This document shows, piece after piece, positions 7,105 to 16,641 of a stretch of DNA of 64,000 nucleotides; the stretch's first letter is position 1; each line of letters begins with the position of its first letter. The position numbers and the translations under genes were made by a program. Source of the stretch: Spirochaetia bacterium (GTDB lineage Bacteria > Spirochaetota > Spirochaetia > CADAEX01); assembly GCA_045606105.1 (NCBI GenBank), contig JAZURI010000005.1, positions 14,620-78,619 on the forward strand, in the 5' to 3' direction. The notes under the pieces are model-generated. The model ran no database searches. It was not told where the DNA came from and saw only the letters and a list, made by a program, of their open reading frames with translations.

Positions 7105-10100
7105 ATTCTTTGTCCTGCACAAACTTGAACCAATCGGCATGAGAAATATTCTGTATTACACCCTTTTCATCACGGTTAAAATTATTTTGCAATAAATACA
7201 AGCCTTTTAATGCAATATGATATGCCCCGTTTGCATCTGCATCTATTGGCAACTTTGCATTTTTACCTTTTTTAGCTTCTTCCCTGGAATCAAAGAATGT
7301 TCCGTCTTCTGATTTTACAGGAGAAATTAAGTAGTCAATTTCTGTGTTTGGAATAGAATTTCTCATTTGCAAAATTGCATTAAACATTCTTAAAAGTGTA
7401 TCAAAAAATTTTGCATTTGATTTTTCAGCTTGGATTGTATGGACGGAATCAATAAAATTATCTTCATTATTCCAATTTATTCCAAAGTCATCAAAAATAT
7501 TCTTTAACTGTTCTGTTGGATTTATACTAATATTCATGCGTTCTGCTTTATTGTAAACAAGTCGTTCTCCTTTTGTGTAAACTTCCCACTTTTTCTTAAA
7601 ATCAGCATTATCACAGATTTTTCCATAATCAAATCCAAATACAAAACAATCTTCTTTTGAATCATAACGTAGAGAATCAAATTTTTCGAAAAACTCTTTT
7701 TTCTTTTCTACATTTGTTAATCCTTTTGTAATGAAAAGATTTGCAAAACCAGTTTTTGGATCAATTTTTGAAGTATAAGCTGCAGGGATATAGAAAAGCC
7801 ATCCACATTGTTTATTAACATCACTTACATTTGCAGATTTATTTGTTAATTGATAAGCATTAAGAACTCCACCAGGCTCTGTTACCTTTTTATCTTTGAA
7901 AACAAGATAATTTAGCTTTTCAATTAACATATTTTCAAATTTTTGATAAATCTGTCTTTCTACAGCAAAACGACCTCGCTTAAATCCAAAATTCAAATCT
8001 TCCATAACAACAATTGCGTTATGTTCAACCATCATTTTTGCAATTTCATGAACAACAGCAGATAGATAGCCTTCTTTTAATTCTTTGATATTTCCAATTG
8101 TTTGCCAGTTTTTACGAGCCTTGTCTCTGTCACCTTCTTTGTGTACAAGTTTTTCCTGATAATTTACTTTTACCGTTTTATCATTTCTAACTTGGTCAAC
8201 AAGATTCAATGTTTTTTGAAGTTCAATTTCACCTTTTTGATTTATTAATGAAAGATAAATAAGATGACGTTCTCCTCGATCCAATCCAATAATTTTTACA
8301 TCAGTATTACCACTTAACACTTCAAGAACTTGATTATTAAATTCTTTATTTGATTTATCAGGTGCCTTAAAGTTCATTGTAATAGGACAATGGAAAAGAT
8401 AAGTATCTTCTATAAAGCGATTATCCTTTGTAATATCGTGAGTTGCTTCTTTACAAACAACAACTCCTGAATCTAACAATGATTTTGCAGTTTCTGAAAT
8501 AGTATCAGTCATTTTGTTTTTGAATTGATAAATTTCTTGATAAATGTCTTCTGGAATTGATTTTCCGTCATTTGTTGTTCTATTTACAAGAATTGAACCT
8601 TTTTTGTGAACAGTTACTTTTTCTTTGTTCAAACTTGGTTTTCGCCAGAATAATTCTGCTTCTCCATTTAATTTTAGACAAACATCTTTTAAATTTTCTT
8701 CACTAAAAAGATTTTCCCAATAAAGTGTATGAAGATTTTTCTTTCCAGAAGTTTTTGAAGCAAAGTCTTTGTTATAGATTTGGAAAAGGAAAAGTTTTCC
8801 TTCGTTTACTAGTTTATCAATATACTCCTTACGGATAGTAACAAATTGAATTTGATATGCCTGCGAATTTACATCATCTGTAAAACTTTGAAACGAATAA
8901 TATTCTTTTGTTTCTTTGAAAATAAAATCATAAGCATCAAAGTATTCCTTTGTTAATACCTTATAATAATCAATATATTTTATTAAGTCGTCTTTACTAA
9001 AAGTATCAGAAGTTCGAAGATATGATTTTCTTTTTCTAATTTCATTTATTTCTGTAGGTAAGTAAGCATTTCGATATTCTTCAATTTGTCTATTTACACC
9101 ATCCGTATCTTTACGACCATTTTTTTTGACAGTTTTTCCATTAATCCTCAAAAGATTGGGAATATCTTTACTTGGATCAGCAGCCTGTAGATAAATCATT
9201 TTTTCATAATAATTTTCATTTTCCTTTGGTTTCGGATAACTTTTAAATTCATTATGAAAATTTTTATTCATAATACCTAAGTAATACTTTTCTTTTTCTC
9301 TTAATAAAATTGAACCATACATTAATTCATTATTCAAAGCCCAGCCTTTTGCACATGTAGGTGAATCAAAATTCAATTTTATCTTCTTCATTTCACCAGG
9401 TTTCTTTGTTACAAAATTACGAACTTTGTTATACAAAGGAACAACTTGAGCAAGTGCTGTTAATATATCATCTAATTTTGAATAAAAATTTGAATCCTTT
9501 TGTTCTTCACCACGATAATCAACAAGTTTTAAGTGATGGTAAAGATTTTGAACTTCGTCCAGATATACTTTTATTGGAGTGGCAGCTTCTTTCTCTTGTT
9601 GTAAATCATGAATATTTTCAAAATCTATTTTTTTAAAGGTCTTATTAATTTCACACAATAAATTTACTTCATAATTGTCAATTGTTTCTTTTGTCAGAAA
9701 AAATTCCTTTACGGATTTTTCAGCTTCAAGTCCAAATTCTGAGCACCACCTCTCATATGCAGCCTGCATATCGGTTAACGAGTAATCACTTTCTGCAATT
9801 TCATTTTTTAGATTATCCAACTGTCTGTCTGTCAGATTTTTCTTTGCTTTATCTTTTGCTATCAGAAATAAACCTTCTGTTAAAATTGACCAAGAATTAA
9901 AAATTTTCTTGGAAAATTTTGTAATAGATTTTGAAGGTACGTATATTTCTGATAAATCATATTCTTCATTGTTATTCAACAAATCCCGAATTAATTCTAT
10001 ATATTCTTCAACTACCGACGAATTGAATTCTTTTATAGTTAAGTAAACTTCTTCATTATTTTCAAATCCAACCGGAATAAAAGAAGCTGTACCTCGATCG

Positions 10101-11002
10101 CTTAAAATCTGCTTATAGAGTTCTACCATTTTCTTTTTAAGTTTATACTTTTCTTCATTCGGCAAAGCTTGTCTAGCAAGGTTTATAAATTCATTTAGGC
10201 CTTTAATTTTCTCAGTCCCGGCTTCGCCGGAAATTCCACCGATTATTGTATTATAAAAATCAATTCCACTTTGAGCTATAACACTGTTGAAACCATCAAT
10301 GGTAAATACATAATCAAGAGCTCTGCCTTTTAGATGGTCTTTCAAAGACTTTTCCGTATCACTGATTATTTTTGGAAAATTAACTTTCAAATAATTATAT
10401 AATTTGATATTTGCAAAAAATTTTGGAAAATTTTCATGCACAATACGGTAACTAATTGCAGTTGATTCTGCATCTGCACTGTACATGTTTTTCCTGTTCT
10501 CGTGAAAACCTACAAAATATGTACTGAATCTGTTAAAAGCAGCCAAAGCTTTCTGCTTATTTTTGATTTCGTCTTCAGGAGCATTTTTTATTAATTCAGG
10601 CAGAAGTTCCTTAAATAATCCATCCTTGAAAAGTTTATTATATTCTTTTTGAGCATGAAAACCCTCAACTATTTTTTTTCTTGCTATTGCTTGAAGTTTA
10701 TCAAGTTTAACTTTATGGGAAGCTTTTTTTTCTCTATCTCTCTCGTTCTGAAGCAAATCAAGCTGATTAAATAAATCTTCCCAGGAAAATGAAAATTCTT
10801 TGAGTGATTTCTCTATGAAATTTCTATGAATATTATCTATAAGTTTTTTTATTTCAGGATACGCTTCAGCACGCTGGATATCTGTTTTAAGAAACTGTTT
10901 TATATTTTCTTCAGTTTTTCCAATAGGTATTAATCTATTCCTCAAAGTAATAGAACGGGAATATCCGTTCTTCTGTCCGCAAAATTCATTTAAACCTTTC
11001 AT
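7094..11002 (-). CDS. cas12a: Cas12a (Cpf1) effector, ~1302 aa; likely start ATG 11002
   Basis: YSRSITLRNRLIPIGKT, YFVGFHENRKNMYS, LYNKVRNFVTKKP; intact RuvC motifs IIGLDRGERHL, VVMEDLNFGFKRGR, PIDADANGAYHIALKG; GGGGGAG RBS. Confidence 0.99.
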   Translation of the reverse strand: MKGLNEFCGQKNGYSRSITLRNRLIPIGKTEENIKQFLKTDIQRAEAYPEIKKLIDNIHRNFIEKSLKEFSFSWEDLFNQLDLLQNERDREKKASHKVKLDKLQAIARKKIVEGFHAQKEYNKLFKDGLFKELLPELIKNAPEDEIKNKQKALAAFNRFSTYFVGFHENRKNMYSADAESTAISYRIVHENFPKFFANIKLYNYLKVNFPKIISDTEKSLKDHLKGRALDYVFTIDGFNSVIAQSGIDFYNTIIGGISGEAGTEKIKGLNEFINLARQALPNEEKYKLKKKMVELYKQILSDRGTASFIPVGFENNEEVYLTIKEFNSSVVEEYIELIRDLLNNNEEYDLSEIYVPSKSITKFSKKIFNSWSILTEGLFLIAKDKAKKNLTDRQLDNLKNEIAESDYSLTDMQAAYERWCSEFGLEAEKSVKEFFLTKETIDNYEVNLLCEINKTFKKIDFENIHDLQQEKEAATPIKVYLDEVQNLYHHLKLVDYRGEEQKDSNFYSKLDDILTALAQVVPLYNKVRNFVTKKPGEMKKIKLNFDSPTCAKGWALNNELMYGSILLREKEKYYLGIMNKNFHNEFKSYPKPKENENYYEKMIYLQAADPSKDIPNLLRINGKTVKKNGRKDTDGVNRQIEEYRNAYLPTEINEIRKRKSYLRTSDTFSKDDLIKYIDYYKVLTKEYFDAYDFIFKETKEYYSFQSFTDDVNSQAYQIQFVTIRKEYIDKLVNEGKLFLFQIYNKDFASKTSGKKNLHTLYWENLFSEENLKDVCLKLNGEAELFWRKPSLNKEKVTVHKKGSILVNRTTNDGKSIPEDIYQEIYQFKNKMTDTISETAKSLLDSGVVVCKEATHDITKDNRFIEDTYLFHCPITMNFKAPDKSNKEFNNQVLEVLSGNTDVKIIGLDRGERHLIYLSLINQKGEIELQKTLNLVDQVRNDKTVKVNYQEKLVHKEGDRDKARKNWQTIGNIKELKEGYLSAVVHEIAKMMVEHNAIVVMEDLNFGFKRGRFAVERQIYQKFENMLIEKLNYLVFKDKKVTEPGGVLNAYQLTNKSANVSDVNKQCGWLFYIPAAYTSKIDPKTGFANLFITKGLTNVEKKKEFFEKFDSLRYDSKEDCFVFGFDYGKICDNADFKKKWEVYTKGERLVYNKAERMNISINPTEQLKNIFDDFGINWNNEDNFIDSVHTIQAEKSNAKFFDTLLRMFNAILQMRNSIPNTEIDYLISPVKSEDGTFFDSREEAKKGKNAKLPIDADANGAYHIALKGLYLLQNNFNRDEKGVIQNISHADWFKFVQDKEYAK

Positions 11003-11013
11003 CTCTCCCCCTT

Positions 11014-11904
11014 TCAATCCTTCTTTACGACTTCGGCCATGCTTGTTACCAGACCGGCCATGTTCTGGATATCGGACGGAACTATGATCTTGGTGGCTTT
11101 TCCGTCGGCGGCTTTTTCAAACGCCTCCAGGCCGCGGAGCCTGATTACGGCTTCATCAGGCATGGCTTCCTTGATCATCCTGATACCTTCTGCCTTTGCC
11201 TGCTGCACCTCAAGAATGGCCTGGGCCTCTCCTTTGGCCTTCTGTATTGCAGCCTCCTTCTCAGCCTCGGCCTGAAGTATCATGGCCTGTTTTTCACCTT
11301 CTGCCACCAGGATTGCACTCTGCTTCTGTCCTTCGGCAATGAGAATCTGCTCCCGGCGTTCCCTTTCTGCCTTCATCTACTTTTCCATGGCATCCTTGAT
11401 TGCTTCAGGTGGCATGATATTCTTCACCTCCACCCTGTTCACCTTGATTCCCCACGGATCTGTGGCTTCATCCAGGATACTTCTCATCTTGGTATTGATG
11501 ATATCGCGGCTTGTAAGGGTCTGGTCCAGCTCCAGCTCTCCGATGATGTTTCTCAGAGTGGTGGCCGAAAGATTCTCAAGAGCGCTTACCGGCTGCTCAA
11601 CTCCATAGGTAAACAGCTTCGGATCCGTAATCTGAAAATAGACAACGGTATCAATCATCATGGTTACATTATCCCTGGTAATAACCGGCTGGGGAGGGAA
11701 ATCGAGAACCCGTTCCTTGAGGGAAACGGTCTTTACTATTCTGTCGACAAACGGAAGCTTGATATGAATTCCCACATTCCAGGTACAGCTGTAGGTTCCC
11801 AGCCTCTCCAGAACAGAAGCATAGGACTGAGGAATAATTCTGATATTGGTAACAAGAAGAACTACCAGAATGACAAAAAGAGTGATACTTACATAAATGG
11901 ACAT
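11014..11904 (-). pseudogene. SPFH/band 7 (QmcA/stomatin-like) gene split in frame by TAG at 11377-11379 (175 aa + 120 aa parts)
   Basis: Both ORFs share one frame: ...AMEK-TAG-MKAERERR, where the family consensus is AMEKQMKAER; SPFH motifs VITRDNV, TTLRNIIG, ATDPWGIKVNRVEVK. Confidence 0.85.
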
Positions 11905-11912
11905 ATTGCCTC

Positions 11913-12374
11913 CTATTTATTTTTCTTTTCTATTACAAGAGTGTTTCCGTTGACCTTGATGACGGTACAGATCTCTCCCTTTGAAATCTCACCGCCATCT
12001 GCGGTACAGGCACTCCATTCCACCCCGTTGGCTGCCTTGGCTGTTCCCTTGGAAAAACGGCTGATATCTGCGGTAACCAGAACTTCCTGACCTGCCATGG
12101 CTTCCACATTTGTCTTTGCCTTGCCTGTTTTCAGCTTTCTGACAGCCAGAGGTCTGGTAAAAATAACAAGCAGGGCCGAAAAAAGGAAAAACAGGAGCAG
12201 CTGCCAGCCCAGCGGCATTCCGGTCAGAGATAAAAAAATCATGACAAATGCACTTGCGGCACACCAGATTGTCACCAGCGCCGCAGTTGCCGCCTCAACA
12301 AGCAGCATCAATATGAAAACTGCCAGCCAGAACCAGTAAAGGTGAGAAATAATGAAGCTGTATATTTCCGACAT
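11913..12374 (-). CDS. NfeD family (YbbJ-like) membrane protein
   Basis: Hydrophobic N-terminus plus OB-fold C-terminus (GVEWSA..G..C.VIKVNGNTLVI); classic SPFH partner; GGAGG RBS. Confidence 0.9.
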   Translation of the reverse strand: MSEIYSFIISHLYWFWLAVFILMLLVEAATAALVTIWCAASAFVMIFLSLTGMPLGWQLLLFFLFSALLVIFTRPLAVRKLKTGKAKTNVEAMAGQEVLVTADISRFSKGTAKAANGVEWSACTADGGEISKGEICTVIKVNGNTLVIEKKNK

Positions 12375-12391
12375 ACTTTCCTCCGATTAAA

Positions 12392-12397
12392 TTATAC
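12392..12397 (-). promoter_or_regulatory. Putative -10 box of the nfeD-SPFH(-cas) operon
   Basis: TATAAT 6 nt upstream of the GGAGG RBS of nfeD; the -35 (TTGAGT) has imperfect spacing. Confidence 0.5.
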
Positions 12398-12562
12398 AAT
12401 ACTTTATTAAATACTCAAACTGATAATTGTATCCGATATTTTATGGTAAAAAACCCTCTCCTTTTCATAAAAATACCATACCGGGTGTGTCAAATAATGC
12501 TACATGTACATTTTTTTCTTGAATTGTATTAAATATTTTGCTAATTTAAATAAGGAGTTAAA

Positions 12563-13285
12563 ATGAACCTCATCAAAGACAAGCTTGAAAAAATTGAAAA
12601 TGAGTTTACCGAACAGGTCAAGACTACCTTCGGCTCAAATCTTCACTCTGCCTATATTTACGGCAGTATTCTCACCGACAGCTTCAATCCTGCAACTTCG
12701 GATGTGAATGTACTGATCATTCCGTACGAGGCTTCACCGGAAAGACTTGTTGTCCTGGGCAAATACAGCGGCAAGCTCATCAGACTTCTGAACATAAATC
12801 CTACAGTCATGAGCCATGACGAATTCATCGCATCTGCCGATATCTTCCCTATGGAATATCACGATATCAAGGATTTCCATAAGACATTGGTGGGAGAGGA
12901 CCTGACAGAAAAGCTGGTTATTTCAGACCGGAATCTCCGTCTGCAGGTGGAGGACAGACTCAGGGGCTGCATCAATTCCCTCCGTCAGGTACTTGTTCTT
13001 TCCGAAAGCAATCCGAGAATCATTGCCAACGGAATCAGAAACACCCACAGCTTCTACAATGCCATTTTCCGCGGAATCCTCAGACTCTACAAGCATCCGG
13101 AAATCTCCTATGACTACCTGAAGAACCTCAAGGCGGTTTCGGAATATATGGATATAGAGCCTAAGCCTTTCAGGGATGTAATGAGAATTTTCAAGGATAC
13201 ACCGGTGGAAAGCCTTACAGAGGACCTTATTATCCAGTTCACAACCATCGTGAACAAAATTGACAGGCTGGTAACCGAAAAATGA
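12563..13285 (+). CDS. Nucleotidyltransferase-fold protein
   Basis: YIYGS...SDVNVLI motif and ASADIFPMEYHDI; neighbours TPM and LemA genes. Confidence 0.75.
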   Translation: MNLIKDKLEKIENEFTEQVKTTFGSNLHSAYIYGSILTDSFNPATSDVNVLIIPYEASPERLVVLGKYSGKLIRLLNINPTVMSHDEFIASADIFPMEYHDIKDFHKTLVGEDLTEKLVISDRNLRLQVEDRLRGCINSLRQVLVLSESNPRIIANGIRNTHSFYNAIFRGILRLYKHPEISYDYLKNLKAVSEYMDIEPKPFRDVMRIFKDTPVESLTEDLIIQFTTIVNKIDRLVTEK

Positions 13286-14064
13286 AAAAACTAATTGCTT
13301 TATTTCTTTTTGTTCTGGTCGCATCCCTGGGCTTCGGCGACAACATCCCTGCTTTCAAAGGCTGGGTAAACGACTATGCCGGGATTATCTCCGAAAAGAA
13401 CATGAAAACCATAACTGAAGTAGCTCAGGACCTGAAGAACAAGACCGGTGCAGAGGTAGCTGTCCTTACTGTACGTTCCATGAGTCCTTATACCTCCATC
13501 GAGGAATTTTCCATGGCTGTGGCCGAAAAATGGAAGGTGGGAGAGAAGGAAAAGGATAACGGTGCCATCATAGTCCTGGCCATGGATGAGAGAGAAATCA
13601 GAATCGAGGTGGGCTACGGGCTTGAGGGGCTGATAACCGACGGAACTGCGGGAGAAATCCTGGACAAGCAGGTTATCCCTTACTTCAACGGAGGGGATTT
13701 CGGAGCAGGTCTCAGAAGAGGTGTCTGCAGGATTGCCAACATAATCGGTACAGACATGGGTGTGGAGCTTGATGCCAGAACACTGGTGGACAACTCCAAA
13801 TCGGAAATGTTCTGCATGCTTGTATTTGCCGGTATCATGATCTACATAACCGTACAGATGTTCAGGAAAATGAACGGCTCCAACAAGAAGGGGCGCTACT
13901 ACTACGGCGGCGGTTTCGGCGGAATGTATATCGGATGCGGTATGGGACGCGGTGCCTTCGGAGGCTTCGGAAACAGGGGCTGCAACGGATACGGCGGCTT
14001 CAGCGGATTCGGTGGCGGAGGGGGCGGCGGCTTCGGCGGTGGCGGTGCCTCCAGAGGCTTCTGA
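13282..14064 (+). CDS. TPM domain (YgcG-like) protein with Gly-rich tail
   Basis: VNDYAGII, KWKVGEKEKDNG, RIEVGYGLEGLITD, GGGFGGGGASRGF. Confidence 0.92.
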   Translation: MKKLIALFLFVLVASLGFGDNIPAFKGWVNDYAGIISEKNMKTITEVAQDLKNKTGAEVAVLTVRSMSPYTSIEEFSMAVAEKWKVGEKEKDNGAIIVLAMDEREIRIEVGYGLEGLITDGTAGEILDKQVIPYFNGGDFGAGLRRGVCRIANIIGTDMGVELDARTLVDNSKSEMFCMLVFAGIMIYITVQMFRKMNGSNKKGRYYYGGGFGGMYIGCGMGRGAFGGFGNRGCNGYGGFSGFGGGGGGGFGGGGASRGF

Positions 14065-14078
14065 CAGGAGACTGAATA

Positions 14079-14642
14079 ATGAATAAAAAAATTTTGATTA
14101 TTGTTATAATAGCCGCAGTTGCAGGCGGTATCTTCAGCTGGTATGTGGGAACAAGAAACAGGCTGGTGACCCTGGAGGAAAAGACCGCCGCTTCATGGGC
14201 CGAGATTGACAACCAGCTTCAGAGAAGAAGCGACCTTATCCCAAACCTGGTTTCCACAGTCAAGGGATACGCAAAACATGAAAGCGAGGTTTTCGGAAAT
14301 ATAGCGGATGCAAGATCCAGACTTGCGGGATCAGCCACCGTGGAGGAAAAGGCAGAAGGGTACAATGCCATGCAGAGTGCGCTGGGCAGGCTTCTGGCCA
14401 TTGCGGAAAACTACCCCCAGCTCAAGAGCGATGCCAACTTTATCCGGCTCCAGGATGAGCTTGCAGGTACAGAAAACCGTATTGCGGTAGCCAGAAAGCG
14501 GTATAACGACAACGTACGGAATTTCAATACACGGATCAAGATGTTCCCGGCATCCTTTGTGGCTTCCCGGATGGGATTTGAGAAAATATCCTATTTTGAG
14601 GTGGCGGAATCAGCCAAGGCACTTCCGAAAGTGGAGTTCTGA
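14079..14642 (+). CDS. lemA: LemA family protein
   Basis: QLQRRSDLIPNLVSTVKGYA, ENYPQLKS, LAGTENRIAVARKRYN. Confidence 0.95.
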   Translation: MNKKILIIVIIAAVAGGIFSWYVGTRNRLVTLEEKTAASWAEIDNQLQRRSDLIPNLVSTVKGYAKHESEVFGNIADARSRLAGSATVEEKAEGYNAMQSALGRLLAIAENYPQLKSDANFIRLQDELAGTENRIAVARKRYNDNVRNFNTRIKMFPASFVASRMGFEKISYFEVAESAKALPKVEF

Positions 14643-15617
14643 ACCGGCCATAAAAGGAACTATTCCGTCAATTACATCAGGAATCAGGCTCTCCTTTCTT
14701 TCAAGGGAGAGCTTTTCTTTTGTCCTCGGAAGTCCGTAAAAATCCGGCCCGTATACGGAAAGGAAGTTTTCCAGCATATCAAGCTTACCGGCCCTGTCAA
14801 AAAGCTCTGCCATAAGCGGTACTGCACATGGGGCAGAATAGATTCCCCCTCCGGCAGAACCCGATTCCTTCCTGGTCTTGAGATGAGGTGCGCTGTCCGA
14901 ACCGAAGAAAAACTTCCTGCTGCCGGAGAACACAGCCTCCCTTATGGCTTCCATATCCTTTATTCCCTTAACCACAGGCTTGCAGAAGTTATGGGGATTC
15001 ATGTTGCCCCCGATAACATCGTCCAGGGTTATCAGCAGATGATGGGCTGTCACGGATGCAGCCACGTTGTCGGGAAGAGAATCCACCAGATCTACGGAAC
15101 GGCGGTCGGAAACATGCTCAAACACCATCTTAAGTCCCGGAAATGCCTTTGCTATGGCCCGGAATTCGGCATGATACCTGTATTCCCGCTCCAGTACGGA
15201 GGCATCGGGCTTTTCACAGTGAATGGAGAGAATCATACCCAGATTGCACATGGCGGCCAGGGCTTCCTTTATATCCTTCCGGCTTCTGACACCGTCCTGG
15301 GAATTGGTGGTCACCCCTGCGGGATAAAGCTTTCCCACAAACGCTCCCACAGCAGCCATTTTCCTTACGGTTTCTCCGGTCATGCCCGGATAAAGCTTGA
15401 AGGTCATTATGGGGTCAAAGCTATCTGACAGCTCCTTAATTTCGTTTCTGTATCTGATTACCGATTCCGGGGTATTTACCGGAGGAAGGGTATTTGGCAT
15501 GACAACCCCTCTGCAGAACCAGTCGGATGCATCCCTTACTGTGGTTCTGAGCATCTCTCCCTGCCTGAGATGAATGTGCATGTCAGATGGTTTAAGAATT
15601 GTCAGCTTATTTCCCAT
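14610..15617 (-). CDS. pyrC: Dihydroorotase (homodimeric type)
   Basis: DMHIHLRQG, MPNTLPP, KLYPAGVTTNS, FCKPVVK, FFGSDSAPH. Confidence 0.93.
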   Translation of the reverse strand: MGNKLTILKPSDMHIHLRQGEMLRTTVRDASDWFCRGVVMPNTLPPVNTPESVIRYRNEIKELSDSFDPIMTFKLYPGMTGETVRKMAAVGAFVGKLYPAGVTTNSQDGVRSRKDIKEALAAMCNLGMILSIHCEKPDASVLEREYRYHAEFRAIAKAFPGLKMVFEHVSDRRSVDLVDSLPDNVAASVTAHHLLITLDDVIGGNMNPHNFCKPVVKGIKDMEAIREAVFSGSRKFFFGSDSAPHLKTRKESGSAGGGIYSAPCAVPLMAELFDRAGKLDMLENFLSVYGPDFYGLPRTKEKLSLERKESLIPDVIDGIVPFMAGSELHFRKCLG

Positions 15618-15675
15618 ATTTAACCTCTCTTTTCAATACTATAATTTTAAAGTATAATATTATCAAGGAGAAAAA

Positions 15676-16641
15676 ATGAGCGGAAAAAAGGTTCTTGTGG
15701 TAGTTCCGGTGGAGGAAAGACACAAAAAACTGCTTACAGAGGCATATCCTGAGGGAGAATTCATCTGGTGCAGCAAGGATTACGATAATCTGCTGCCGGA
15801 AGCACAGATACTTATCGGAAACATTCCGAAGGAAAAGATAAAGCTGGCATCAAGGCTTGAGTGGATGCAGACAAACAATGCGGGGGTTGACGAATATACC
15901 GCACCTGGAATAATTCCTGAAAATGTTATCTTTTCCTGTGCATCGGGAACCTACGGACTGGCAATTTCAGAATATATGCTGGGGTGTGTCTTCTCGCTTT
16001 TCAAGAAGCTTAACCGCTACAGGATAAATCAGCTGAATCATGAATGGAAGGATGAAGGCTATGTGACATCAGTCTACGGAAGCAGGACCCTGGTAATCGG
16101 ATTCGGTGATATCGGCCGTGAATTCGGCTACAGGATGCACCTGCTGGGAAGCGAGGTCTGCGGAATCAAAAGAACACCCGGGGAAAAGCCGGAATGGCTG
16201 AAGGAACTCTACACCCTTGATGACCTGGAAAACATAATCGGGGATTTCGATGTGGTTTCCCTTTCGCTGCCCAACACCCCTTCCACAAGGCATATCATTG
16301 ATTACAGGCTCCTGAGCAGGATGAAAAAAAGTGCCGTACTTGTAAACGTGGGCCGGGGCAATGCCATAGTTACCGACGACCTGGTGAGGGCACTTGATGA
16401 AAAGCTCATTTTCGGGGCAGCCGTGGATGTTACGGACCCTGAACCACTGCCTCCGGATCACCCTCTCTGGGATGCTGAAAACATTATTATAACACCACAT
16501 ACATCGGGTCAGTACCATCTGCCTGAGACCTTTGAACGGATCATCAGGCTGGCGGCCGAAAACCTAAGAGCCTTCACTACAGGCGGAAAAATCAAAAGTG
16601 TAGTAGACTTCAAGACAGGATACAGGAAAAATGACTGCTGA
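15676..16641 (+). CDS. D-2-hydroxyacid dehydrogenase
   Basis: IGFGDIG, LVNVGRG, DVTDPEPLP, IITPH. Confidence 0.9.
   Translation: MSGKKVLVVVPVEERHKKLLTEAYPEGEFIWCSKDYDNLLPEAQILIGNIPKEKIKLASRLEWMQTNNAGVDEYTAPGIIPENVIFSCASGTYGLAISEYMLGCVFSLFKKLNRYRINQLNHEWKDEGYVTSVYGSRTLVIGFGDIGREFGYRMHLLGSEVCGIKRTPGEKPEWLKELYTLDDLENIIGDFDVVSLSLPNTPSTRHIIDYRLLSRMKKSAVLVNVGRGNAIVTDDLVRALDEKLIFGAAVDVTDPEPLPPDHPLWDAENIIITPHTSGQYHLPETFERIIRLAAENLRAFTTGGKIKSVVDFKTGYRKNDC

Noticed and set aside
11377-11379. Genome-wide TAG recoding or pyrrolysine
   Set aside because: TAG ends several genes at expected positions and no pyl genes are visible in the window
13900-14060. GGC-rich low-complexity tract
   Set aside because: Ordinary Gly-rich tail of TPM-domain proteins
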